From: a virus
Length of the DNA stretch: 64,000 nucleotides
Virus record (IMG/VR): IMGVR_UViG_3300028883_000036
Span: 1 to 64,000 of that record
Strand: one strand, 5' to 3'
The translations under genes were made by a program, and so were the position numbers. Shown here piece after piece: positions 1 through 7,374 of this stretch; positions within the stretch are counted from its first letter, which is position 1; each line of letters begins with the position of its first letter. The notes below the pieces were generated by a model. The model was given only the letters and a program-made list of their open reading frames with translations, ran no database searches and had not been told where the DNA came from.

Positions 1-170
1 CCAAATACCAGGAGTCATTTTAGCTGACATTGTACCTGTAATTGCTGCTTGTTTGATCTGATATGTTCCTTTTTCTACAGTTTCAACCAATGATCCAGCA
101 CAAATAAGACCAATGATTAAAAGCAACACAATTACTGATAAACTCACAATTTTTTTAATAGACATAACAT
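1..170 (-). CDS. SPFH/band-7-like membrane protein, N-terminus only (runs off window)
   Basis: AAGGAG RBS, ATG at 170; MLCLLKKIVSLSVIVLLLIIGLICAGSLVETVEKGTYQIKQAAITGTMSAKMTPGIW = TM helix followed by V..G....PG pattern typical of SPFH N-termini. Confidence 0.55.
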
Positions 171-226
171 TTTTCTCCTTTTTCTTTTAACATTTTTAGT
201 TTATTTTTTATAAAAAAACAGAATAT

Positions 227-339
227 CAGGTTAAACATCTGACTTTTGCTCTACCGTTGAGCCATCTCCCTAAAGGCAGGGAGAGCAGGATTCGAACCTA
301 CAACCTAAAGTTTGGGATAGTGATTGCTGTAGTCAACCT
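227..339 (-). ncRNA. Y-RNA-like (YrlA-type) RNA: ACAGCAA stem enclosing a circularly permuted tRNA-mimic domain
   Basis: RNA AGGUUGA-CU-ACAGCAA...ACUUU-AGGUU-GUAGG-UUCGAAU-CCUGC-UCUCCCU-GCCUUU-AGGGAGA-UG-GCUC-AACGGUA-GAGC-A-AAAGU...UUAACCUG: T arm, loop-closed acceptor stem, D arm; no anticodon loop. Confidence 0.85.
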
Positions 340-401
340 TCCTTTCTGGATAAATGGTTATGGAAAGATGGAATAAGCTTTTCAATACTTTTCGCTTTTT
401 T

Positions 402-489
402 CAGGATGGAGTTACTTAGTAATTTACTAAGCATACCCATCTTTCCGTTTACGTTTCATGTCATAAGTTTTTTTTGCTGCACCCATCCT
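402..489 (-). ncRNA. RCAGCAA-stem RNA, copy 2
   Basis: AGGAUGG-GU-GCAGCAA...CCAUCCUG; terminal stem has compensatory changes relative to other copies; internal hairpin CUUAGUA-AAU-UACUAAG. Confidence 0.7.
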
Positions 490-497
490 CTATTTTA

Positions 498-650
498 TTA
501 CTTAAAAAACATTTCAAAGGCATTATAATATATTCCACAATACCCTGAAATCATAACAAACAAAATACAAATTAATGCAAACATTGATTCAAATAAAGCA
601 TTTTCTTTTTTAAATTGTTTTTCTACTTCTTCTGAAATTTTATATTTCAT
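498..650 (-). CDS. small membrane protein (50 aa)
   Basis: AAGGAAAG RBS; MKYKISEEVEKQFKKENALFESMFALICILFVMISGYCGIYYNAFEMFFK; below ORF-track cutoff. Confidence 0.55.
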   Translation of the reverse strand: MKYKISEEVEKQFKKENALFESMFALICILFVMISGYCGIYYNAFEMFFK

Positions 651-676
651 TTTCTTTCCTTTCTTTATTCAATTTA

Positions 677-737
677 CAGGTTGATATCACCTTTTTTAGA
701 TTAAATGTCTAGTGGTTTTATTTGCTGTAATCAACCT
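677..737 (-). ncRNA. RCAGCAA-stem RNA, copy 3 (immediately downstream of DUF2828 gene)
   Basis: AGGUUGAU-U-ACAGCAA...UAGA-CAUUUAA-UCUA...AUCAACCUG; identical to 11166-11226. Confidence 0.75.
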
Positions 738-746
738 TTCAAACTA

Positions 747-2189
747 TTATTCACTTTTTGGAACTATTACTTCATACTTTTCCAATGCTCTCATCATAAT
801 AGCATATGGAGTAAAGTCTTCCCCACTAAATATTGCTTTACAGATAGATGGAGAAAATCCTGATACCAATCCAATATTATTACTATTTACTGTATCTGGT
901 GATCCATCATATGCCATTGTATTCCAATATACTATTTTAGGTCTTTTATATCCTGCATCTTCCCATTTCAACATACATTTTTCAACTTCTGTTAACAATT
1001 CATTTTTTCTAATACCATTTGTATCCCATCCCCCGCCCCAACAAGCACCTTGACTAAATTGCATATCAGATACAATCAATAGAGATGTAGGCATAAGTTG
1101 TTGTGAAATGTTCCTTTCAGTAGCAATTTTAAGAATCAAATCTAATGCTCTATCAATTCTTGTAGAAGCAACAGCATGGTCAAATACTTTCCTATCTCTA
1201 ATAGCAGTTCTAAAGGTATGTTTTCTCCAATCAACAAATTTACCTTCTGATCCAAAACCAATGAATCTTTTATAAAAAGGACTTTCTTTAGGAACTCTGC
1301 TTGAACAATATAGAGCCATACCTTGAGATACATGTATAGCCTGAACACTTCCACCTACTCTTGATATCATAGAACCTGAAGTATCGCAAATTACCATTAT
1401 ATTTTCATTAGTTCCTTCAAGATAATTAGGTAGAGCATTAAATTGTGCTTCAGCCATACTTTCATCACCATGCAAAGCAGTTCTTACACAATCATGAGGA
1501 AACAAAACATCAGCATGAACAGTAGTAGTTCCATTAGATAATGCTTCTTTATAAGCTTGGAACCTTATATTATCGTTTCTATCAAATGCTCTTGTGTATC
1601 TTGCCATAGCAACAGATGGAACTTTTTTATATTCAATTTTATTCCATTGCTGTTGACACATCATATGTTCAACAATATGATCTTTTCTGATATTTGACAA
1701 TAGTTTCCTAAATTCAGATTCTCTCATATTCAAGGCTTGTCTGATAGGTTTATAATGTTTTTTTGCCCATTTAGCAGCAAGAATATCACCTTCTTGAATA
1801 GCAGATGCCCAAAATTGCCCTGCTTCATTTCTTAAAGGAGTTTTAAACAATGCTGTAAGATCATCCCACCTTCCATGAACAGGGATAAAATGCATATTAG
1901 CTTGCATCAGAGCAGTATGGTTATTAGCAAGCCATTCAATTATAGCTTTTGCTCCACTTCTGTTTCCAGCACCACCCCTGCAATCTCTTACCCACATAAA
2001 CAGCTTCATAGAAGTAATAGGATCTTCTTTAAAAGCAGGTTGAAACAAACTCAAAGCAGTACCTTCATTTCTATTTCCATAAAAAGCAACTCTCCTTCCA
2101 CCAGTATACAAAGAACCCGCTTTTGAAAAAAAATCAACAGTTTTACTAATTGCATTTTTATATTGTTCTGCCCCTTCATGTGTTTTCAT
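747..2189 (-). CDS. DUF2828-family Ro60/TROVE-like protein with C-terminal vWA domain
   Basis: EDP..K....RD.RGGAG.R and GRWDDL motifs; vWA MIDAS DTSGSM, SDMQF, IVYWN, LVSGFSPS. Confidence 0.85.
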   Translation of the reverse strand: MKTHEGAEQYKNAISKTVDFFSKAGSLYTGGRRVAFYGNRNEGTALSLFQPAFKEDPITSMKLFMWVRDCRGGAGNRSGAKAIIEWLANNHTALMQANMHFIPVHGRWDDLTALFKTPLRNEAGQFWASAIQEGDILAAKWAKKHYKPIRQALNMRESEFRKLLSNIRKDHIVEHMMCQQQWNKIEYKKVPSVAMARYTRAFDRNDNIRFQAYKEALSNGTTTVHADVLFPHDCVRTALHGDESMAEAQFNALPNYLEGTNENIMVICDTSGSMISRVGGSVQAIHVSQGMALYCSSRVPKESPFYKRFIGFGSEGKFVDWRKHTFRTAIRDRKVFDHAVASTRIDRALDLILKIATERNISQQLMPTSLLIVSDMQFSQGACWGGGWDTNGIRKNELLTEVEKCMLKWEDAGYKRPKIVYWNTMAYDGSPDTVNSNNIGLVSGFSPSICKAIFSGEDFTPYAIMMRALEKYEVIVPKSE

Positions 2190-2213
2190 GACATTTCTCC
2201 TTTTATTAATTTT

Positions 2214-2276
2214 CAGGTTGAGGGAGTATAATAGAGTACGATTCTAATATCACTGTTTTTTTGCTGTACTCAACCT
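2214..2276 (-). ncRNA. RCAGCAA-stem RNA, copy 4 (in 5' leader of DUF2828 gene)
   Basis: AGGUUGAG-U-ACAGCAA...CUCAACCUG, between promoter 2295-2323 and RBS. Confidence 0.7.
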
Positions 2277-2294
2277 ATTTGATTCTATAAAAAC

Positions 2295-2323
2295 ATAATA
2301 CATTAAATAAAATATATTGTCAA
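2295..2323 (-). promoter_or_regulatory. sigma70-type promoter for RNA copy 4 / DUF2828 operon
   Basis: TTGACA-17 nt-TATTAT on minus strand. Confidence 0.7.
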
Positions 2324-2925
2324 GCATTTTTTCTTATATCGTAAATATTTTTTATCCAGTTATTATCTTTATCATCAAAAATAGTTTCATTTCGCATAAT
2401 TTTTGCCATTCTATCATATAATACAGTATATATAGCTGCTGCCAAATTCAAACAAAATGGACTTGGGATATACAAAAATCTTTGACAATGTTTTAAATAT
2501 ATTTGAGGTATTGATCCATCTTCAGGACCAAATACATAAACTGCATTTTCAGGATGAATAAAATTTGGTAGTAATTCAGCATTATGTCTTACTTCTACTG
2601 CTACAGGAATTACTTCTTTAGAGAACCTATTAAATGGATAACTATCATTTACTAATTGAACATGTTTATATCCCTTCATTCTTTCTTCTCTTGGAAGTCT
2701 ATACCCTTTTTTGTTCTTATCAGGTGTTAATGATACTCTATCTCCTGTAAATACAATAAGATTTGAATTGAAACATGAACATGCCCTAACTGCTGCTCCT
2801 ACATTATGAGGATATTTAGGATTATGCATAATAATAGCAGGAGTATTGGATTTATCAAAAAGTGTATCATCTTTTTTGATATGAATGTTATCCCCTAAAT
2901 TAAATTCAGGTGGCTTTTCTTTCAT
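2320..2925 (-). CDS. SpoU/TrmH-family (SPOUT) RNA 2'-O-methyltransferase
   Basis: P..PHNVGAAVRAC, VFGPEDGSI, IPSPFCLNLAAA motifs. Confidence 0.85.
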   Translation of the reverse strand: MKEKPPEFNLGDNIHIKKDDTLFDKSNTPAIIMHNPKYPHNVGAAVRACSCFNSNLIVFTGDRVSLTPDKNKKGYRLPREERMKGYKHVQLVNDSYPFNRFSKEVIPVAVEVRHNAELLPNFIHPENAVYVFGPEDGSIPQIYLKHCQRFLYIPSPFCLNLAAAIYTVLYDRMAKIMRNETIFDDKDNNWIKNIYDIRKNA

Positions 2926-2958
2926 AATAGGTTTATCCTTCCCTATAATTCAATTTTT

Positions 2959-3153
2959 CTAAAATCCCTTAAATTCTGGTAATTTTTCAAACTCTTTTTC
3001 TTCCATCATAATAGGTTCAAATACAGGAGCAAGGTCTTCTTCACATCTTTCAAAAAATCCATTTACTTCCATTTCCATTTCTTTTTTTGTTAAAATAACT
3101 GAAGTATATTTGATACTGTTTTTATCTTGATACATTTTCCAGTATAATTTCAT
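2959..3153 (-). CDS. hypothetical protein
   Basis: ORF in co-directional gene run. Confidence 0.55.
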   Translation of the reverse strand: MKLYWKMYQDKNSIKYTSVILTKKEMEMEVNGFFERCEEDLAPVFEPIMMEEKEFEKLPEFKGF

Positions 3154-3200
3154 AATATTATCTCAAAATCATTTTTTTATTATATTCTTTTTTGATGTAT

Positions 3201-3557
3201 TTAATAAATTGTTTTATGTTTATACACTATTTCATCTAAATATATCATTTGAGACAACCAAACATTTGATCTACTATGTGATTTTGGTCTTATTTCACCC
3301 ATTATATAACAGGAAACTATGATTTTGTCAACTATATTTTTAAATCCTTTGTGTAAATATTCTTTTGCTTCTTCTATTGTTTCAAAAACATGCCATCCAC
3401 TCATATATTGAGTAGAACTTGATCCATCAGTTACAAGTTCATATTTTGTAGCTTCAATCCATTCTTTTGTAGGAATAATTTTACTTCCGTTATTTGCATG
3501 AAATAAAGTTTTCGGTCCATCTTTAGAATAATCCATTATTTTATAATAAGTTTTCAT
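3201..3557 (-). CDS. hypothetical phage protein
   Basis: 118 aa ORF, ATGA overlap with upstream gene. Confidence 0.65.
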   Translation of the reverse strand: MKTYYKIMDYSKDGPKTLFHANNGSKIIPTKEWIEATKYELVTDGSSSTQYMSGWHVFETIEEAKEYLHKGFKNIVDKIIVSCYIMGEIRPKSHSRSNVWLSQMIYLDEIVYKHKTIY

Positions 3558-3766
3558 GATATATATTTTATCCAGTTAAAGTTATAAAAGCTTGCAGAAA
3601 ATATAATACCAATAGCAAACCAAGCTAATGCCCAAATCCAATAAGGAATATGATTTTCTTCTTTATATTTTTCATCAATATATATTTCACTTCTTTTTAT
3701 TCCTGCTTTTCTTACTTCATCATCTTCTATGAATGCTCTATTTATATCTAACTTAGTAATGCCCAT
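3554..3766 (-). CDS. small membrane protein
   Basis: C-terminal hydrophobic helix; GGAG RBS. Confidence 0.6.
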   Translation of the reverse strand: MGITKLDINRAFIEDDEVRKAGIKRSEIYIDEKYKEENHIPYWIWALAWFAIGIIFSASFYNFNWIKYIS

Positions 3767-3775
3767 TTTATTCTC

Positions 3776-4246
3776 CTAAAATGTATATTTTATCATTGCA
3801 GCTATCACCCCACCATTTTCAGTAGGCATGTATGTTGTTTCTAATGAATAATGATTTTTACCAATTTCAAAAGTAGGTGTTAATATTGGAGTCCATCCAC
3901 CTACATTTATTTCAAAATCATATCCTTTTAAAACACCTAAATAAAAATTAACACCCCAAAATAGAGTATTATTATTCCATTTTTTCCATTTAAATTGTTT
4001 GCCTAAAAACCATGATTGATTAAAAGAAGTATTTTCAAATGTAATAACAGACCATCCATTATAAGATACTCCAATACCATGAGGGTATTCATTTATATTA
4101 TTTGATTTTTTAGGTCTTTCGATATGATAACTTATTGGGGAAAATGCTATACTAATTTCATCAGCATAACATTTTTGGTATGTAACTTCAGGAAGAAAAA
4201 AAGGTAACATAAATATTGCAACAATCATAATCACAAGTTTATTCAT
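3776..4246 (-). CDS. putative small outer-membrane beta-barrel protein (PagP-like)
   Basis: signal peptide, alternating aromatic beta strands, SYH...NE...GIG motif, C-terminal IKYTF beta-signal. Confidence 0.55.
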   Translation of the reverse strand: MNKLVIMIVAIFMLPFFLPEVTYQKCYADEISIAFSPISYHIERPKKSNNINEYPHGIGVSYNGWSVITFENTSFNQSWFLGKQFKWKKWNNNTLFWGVNFYLGVLKGYDFEINVGGWTPILTPTFEIGKNHYSLETTYMPTENGGVIAAMIKYTF

Positions 4247-4261
4247 TACAAATTTTCCTTT

Positions 4262-4459
4262 CTATGCTGCTATTAATCTATTAATCCTTCTTGACTTCCT
4301 TGCTACTTTATTTGCTGCCCTTCTTTTGGCAATTCTATTTTTCATCATTCTTGAATAAGATTCTGTTTTAGTTTGAGGATTTTTCTTATGTATACCTAAT
4401 AAATGCCTACCAAACCATTTTCCTTTAGGCAATTCAAAACTTTTAGAATTTTCTTGCAT
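4262..4459 (-). CDS. small basic hypothetical protein
   Basis: AAGGAG RBS; RRAANKVARKSRRINR basic tail. Confidence 0.6.
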   Translation of the reverse strand: MQENSKSFELPKGKWFGRHLLGIHKKNPQTKTESYSRMMKNRIAKRRAANKVARKSRRINRLIAA

Positions 4460-4597
4460 TTAGTCTCCTTTTTGTTGCTAAACTTAATAGAAGTATCAGA
4501 AATTAATTCTGTATTGCTCCAACTTCTATTAAGTTTTTTAGCAATCTATTCAATATTTCTTTGTTGGGAGCAACCTCAATCATCAGATTATATCATA

Positions 4598-4792
4598 CTA
4601 AAAATTTTTATGTCCGTCAACCTTTATTTTATCTTCAGGTAAAATAATTTTTTTAAATATTTTACCTTTTCTGTAATAACATTGTAATTTATCTTTATTC
4701 TTACCTTTTTTGAATTTATAGGGATTAAAAACAACTCTAAATCCATTATTTACAAATGCTGTACCATATGGTATCATCTCTTTTTCAGTCAT
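4598..4792 (-). CDS. hypothetical protein
   Basis: ORF in gene run. Confidence 0.5.
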   Translation of the reverse strand: MTEKEMIPYGTAFVNNGFRVVFNPYKFKKGKNKDKLQCYYRKGKIFKKIILPEDKIKVDGHKNF

Positions 4793-4794
4793 AA

Positions 4795-5346
4795 TTAAAA
4801 ACTCTCAATAAAATATTTTTGTATAATACTAAATAAATTTAATATATCACCAACTATTCTATTAATTGCTGTAAAATCTCCATCTATTGTTGTATATTTG
4901 GTGTTGGCACCTAACATGATTCTTATTTTAGAATCTAATTCTTTTGCTTGTTCTTCTGTTTGAAGTCTACCATTAGGATTATATTTTTTAATTCTTCTAA
5001 GCAAAAAATTCTTGTTATTATATGAATCAAATGTTTTCTTTATTAAATTTTTTAGTTCTGTATTTTCTTCTTTGTTATAAATTAATCCAAGTAGTAAAGG
5101 TGAATCTGTAATTACTACATCTACTATTTCATTTACTCTATATAATTTATGATTTTGTTTACCAAATATATATATTTGGTTTCTAATAGTTTTATTTCTT
5201 TCTTCCCATACTAAATCTTTAGCAAATTCTGTTACTAGTTCACAATCTATACCATGTAATTTCAATAAAGAAAAAACACCTGCTGCTGTTGTGCTTTTGC
5301 TAATTCCTGGCCCACCAAATAAATTTACTATAATTGTATTTTTCAT
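4795..5346 (-). CDS. P-loop NTPase (AAA_28/NadR-kinase-like)
   Basis: NLFGGPGISKST Walker A, EFAKDLVWE, ITDSPL, GRLQ. Confidence 0.8.
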   Translation of the reverse strand: MKNTIIVNLFGGPGISKSTTAAGVFSLLKLHGIDCELVTEFAKDLVWEERNKTIRNQIYIFGKQNHKLYRVNEIVDVVITDSPLLLGLIYNKEENTELKNLIKKTFDSYNNKNFLLRRIKKYNPNGRLQTEEQAKELDSKIRIMLGANTKYTTIDGDFTAINRIVGDILNLFSIIQKYFIESF

Positions 5347-5549
5347 ATTATTTTCATTTCTTTTTCTTCTATAAAAGTAAAAGTAATATCATCTTCAAAA
5401 TTCCATCCACAACTTAAACAAACAAGTGGATTATTTACACATTGACTACATGGTGGATTAATATGGCAACTACAGTTTTCTACAGGTTTGAATCCCATAA
5501 TGCCGTTGTTGCATTCAGGACATATATCACCTTCTTCTATTTCGATCAT
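5343..5549 (-). CDS. Cys-rich zinc-ribbon protein
   Basis: CPEC...CSCHINPPCSQC...CLSC. Confidence 0.65.
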   Translation of the reverse strand: MIEIEEGDICPECNNGIMGFKPVENCSCHINPPCSQCVNNPLVCLSCGWNFEDDITFTFIEEKEMKII

Positions 5550-5561
5550 AATTTACCTTTA

Positions 5562-5637
5562 TGGAAGGGATGGATGGATTCGAACCATCAACTTTTAGCT
5601 TCAAAGGCTAATGCTCTACCAATTGAACTACACCCCT
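5562..5637 (-). tRNA. tRNA-Gln(TTG)
   Basis: cloverleaf, anticodon arm TTAGC-CTTTGAA-GCTAA, TTCGAAT loop, encoded CCA. Confidence 0.85.
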
Positions 5638-5851
5638 ATAATAATGGTTCTAATTTATCTGCTGTCTCCCTGATCATATTACCATAATTGAATTTTGTCA
5701 CTAAAAAATGTCTTGTGATACTTTCATCAAGTTTATCCCATTCATATATTGAATGTAATTTTGAAAAAATAAAAGGAATACATTGAGCTAATTCATAAGT
5801 TGTAATATCTTTTTTAGGTTTCCATTCACATTGATATTTGATTTCTTCCAT
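5636..5851 (-). CDS. hypothetical protein
   Basis: GGAG RBS; WKPKKDITTYELA. Confidence 0.6.
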   Translation of the reverse strand: MEEIKYQCEWKPKKDITTYELAQCIPFIFSKLHSIYEWDKLDESITRHFLVTKFNYGNMIRETADKLEPLL

Positions 5852-5860
5852 ATTTTACTC

Positions 5861-6055
5861 CTATAAAAATTTAATCCAACAATCATGTTCTTCTGATTTA
5901 TGCCATCCAAGATTTGTAAGCTGTTTTCTTTCTTCATTAGTGAAATGAGTGTCAAGTCTTGGTCCATATAAAATATCATGGTCAGCTTCTAAAAAATCAT
6001 CTTCATGTTTTATAAAAATTTTCATTGCTTCTGATATCTGACTATATTTTGCCAT
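5861..6055 (-). CDS. hypothetical protein
   Basis: AAGGA RBS, ORF after tRNA pair. Confidence 0.6.
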   Translation of the reverse strand: MAKYSQISEAMKIFIKHEDDFLEADHDILYGPRLDTHFTNEERKQLTNLGWHKSEEHDCWIKFL

Positions 6056-6080
6056 TTGTTTTTTCCTTTCTTCTTTTAAT

Positions 6081-6155
6081 TGGTAGCGGAGATGGGATTT
6101 GAACCCATATATCCTAGCTTATGAGACTAGAGAGTTACCAGTACTCTACCCCGCT
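6081..6155 (-). tRNA. tRNA-Met(CAT) (fMet-like acceptor; could be Met or Ile2)
   Basis: AGCGGGG/CTCCGCT acceptor, CTAGT-CTCATAA-GCTAG, CCA. Confidence 0.85.
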
Positions 6156-6161
6156 GAAAAT

Positions 6162-6238
6162 TGGTAGCACCACAAGGATTTAAACCTTGGCTTTTCCGAT
6201 TATCAGTCGGATGTTTTAATCAGCTAAACTATGGTGCT
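6162..6238 (-). tRNA. tRNA-Ile(GAT)
   Basis: TCCGA-CTGATAA-TCGGA, CCA; atypical T loop TTTAAAT. Confidence 0.8.
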
Positions 6239-7374
6239 ATAATATCTTTATATTCATCTGATTTAGATATATATACATATTCTTTAGGAATACATAGTAT
6301 ATTAGAAATTTTATTTATAAATTCATTTTCATCTAAACAGTGAACTATTTCTCCTTTATATGTAAATCTATATTCATTTTCAATATGGTCTAAACATGTA
6401 ATAACTAATCTTATTGAACTATATTTATTTTTTTTAAAACATAATCCCATATCTTTCCAAATAGCATAAGTAAGTAAATCTGCATCTAGTAATGTTCTTC
6501 TAAATTTTCCTTGATAATTCTTTTTATTAGTTTCATTCGGATTCTTTATTATATTATGTCTTATATCCTCATTTAACATAGGTCCATTACCATGCCTTGT
6601 TTGATATGCTCTTGTTATGTAGAATATTTCATCAAGATCATCGTTAATAATATTAGCCCCTAAATTAGCTCTTGTTACATGAGGAAAAAAACCAATATTT
6701 TTATCTAACAATAGTCCTTGTGAACCTTCATATATGATATCATTATATTGACCACAATCATGTAATTTTACTTCTTCTATACTATTAACAATGAATATTT
6801 TATCTATTACTTCTTTACAATCTTTAAGAAAAAATTCATATTCTGCCAAACAATCTATGTCTTCATCTTGATTATAGTAATCCATTATCATTTTTAATTT
6901 GATTTCTGTTATAGAAGGAAAAAGCAAATCTTCTACTAATAAAGAATAATGTTTTTCTTCTCTTTCAAGTGTAGCACCAAAACCTACACCGCAACTTCCA
7001 TGTTGATTTTTTCCTTCTATTTTTTTGTTATATAATACATCAAAAAAAGTAGTTACAGGACATTTTCCATTAACAAATATTTTAGGTTCAATTCCTTTTT
7101 GTTCTAATACATTTAATTCATTTAAAAAAGCAACAGGATAAAAGGTACAATTTTCAGACCAATAAGTAGGAACATTTTGTAATGTACCACTACCAAATGA
7201 TGAAAATACATGTCTTATTCCATTATGAACTACAGTATGACCTGCTTGATGCCCACCTGAAAATCTAACTACAATTGGATTATTGGAGATAGAACATAAA
7301 TAAGCAGTAAACATGCCTTTGCCACTATCTCCAAAACCTAAATCAATAACAGTTTTTTTCATTACAATCCTCAA
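6229..7374 (-). CDS. purA: adenylosuccinate synthetase-like protein
   Basis: DLGFGDSGKG, RFSGGHQAGHT, GSCGVG, EGSQG, TRAYQTRHGNGP. Confidence 0.85.
   Translation of the reverse strand: MRIVMKKTVIDLGFGDSGKGMFTAYLCSISNNPIVVRFSGGHQAGHTVVHNGIRHVFSSFGSGTLQNVPTYWSENCTFYPVAFLNELNVLEQKGIEPKIFVNGKCPVTTFFDVLYNKKIEGKNQHGSCGVGFGATLEREEKHYSLLVEDLLFPSITEIKLKMIMDYYNQDEDIDCLAEYEFFLKDCKEVIDKIFIVNSIEEVKLHDCGQYNDIIYEGSQGLLLDKNIGFFPHVTRANLGANIINDDLDEIFYITRAYQTRHGNGPMLNEDIRHNIIKNPNETNKKNYQGKFRRTLLDADLLTYAIWKDMGLCFKKNKYSSIRLVITCLDHIENEYRFTYKGEIVHCLDENEFINKISNILCIPKEYVYISKSDEYKDIIAP

Noticed and set aside
227-339. Functional permuted tRNA gene
   Set aside because: No anticodon loop or CCA, and the ends form the shared ACAGCAA stem; better explained as a Y-RNA-like mimic.
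712-1053. Opposite-strand or alternate-frame ORFs in the track (e.g. 712-1053, 8549-9034, 23909-24469, 41770-42090, 48459-48845)
   Set aside because: Shadows of well-supported genes or RNAs, with no RBS or recognisable motifs.
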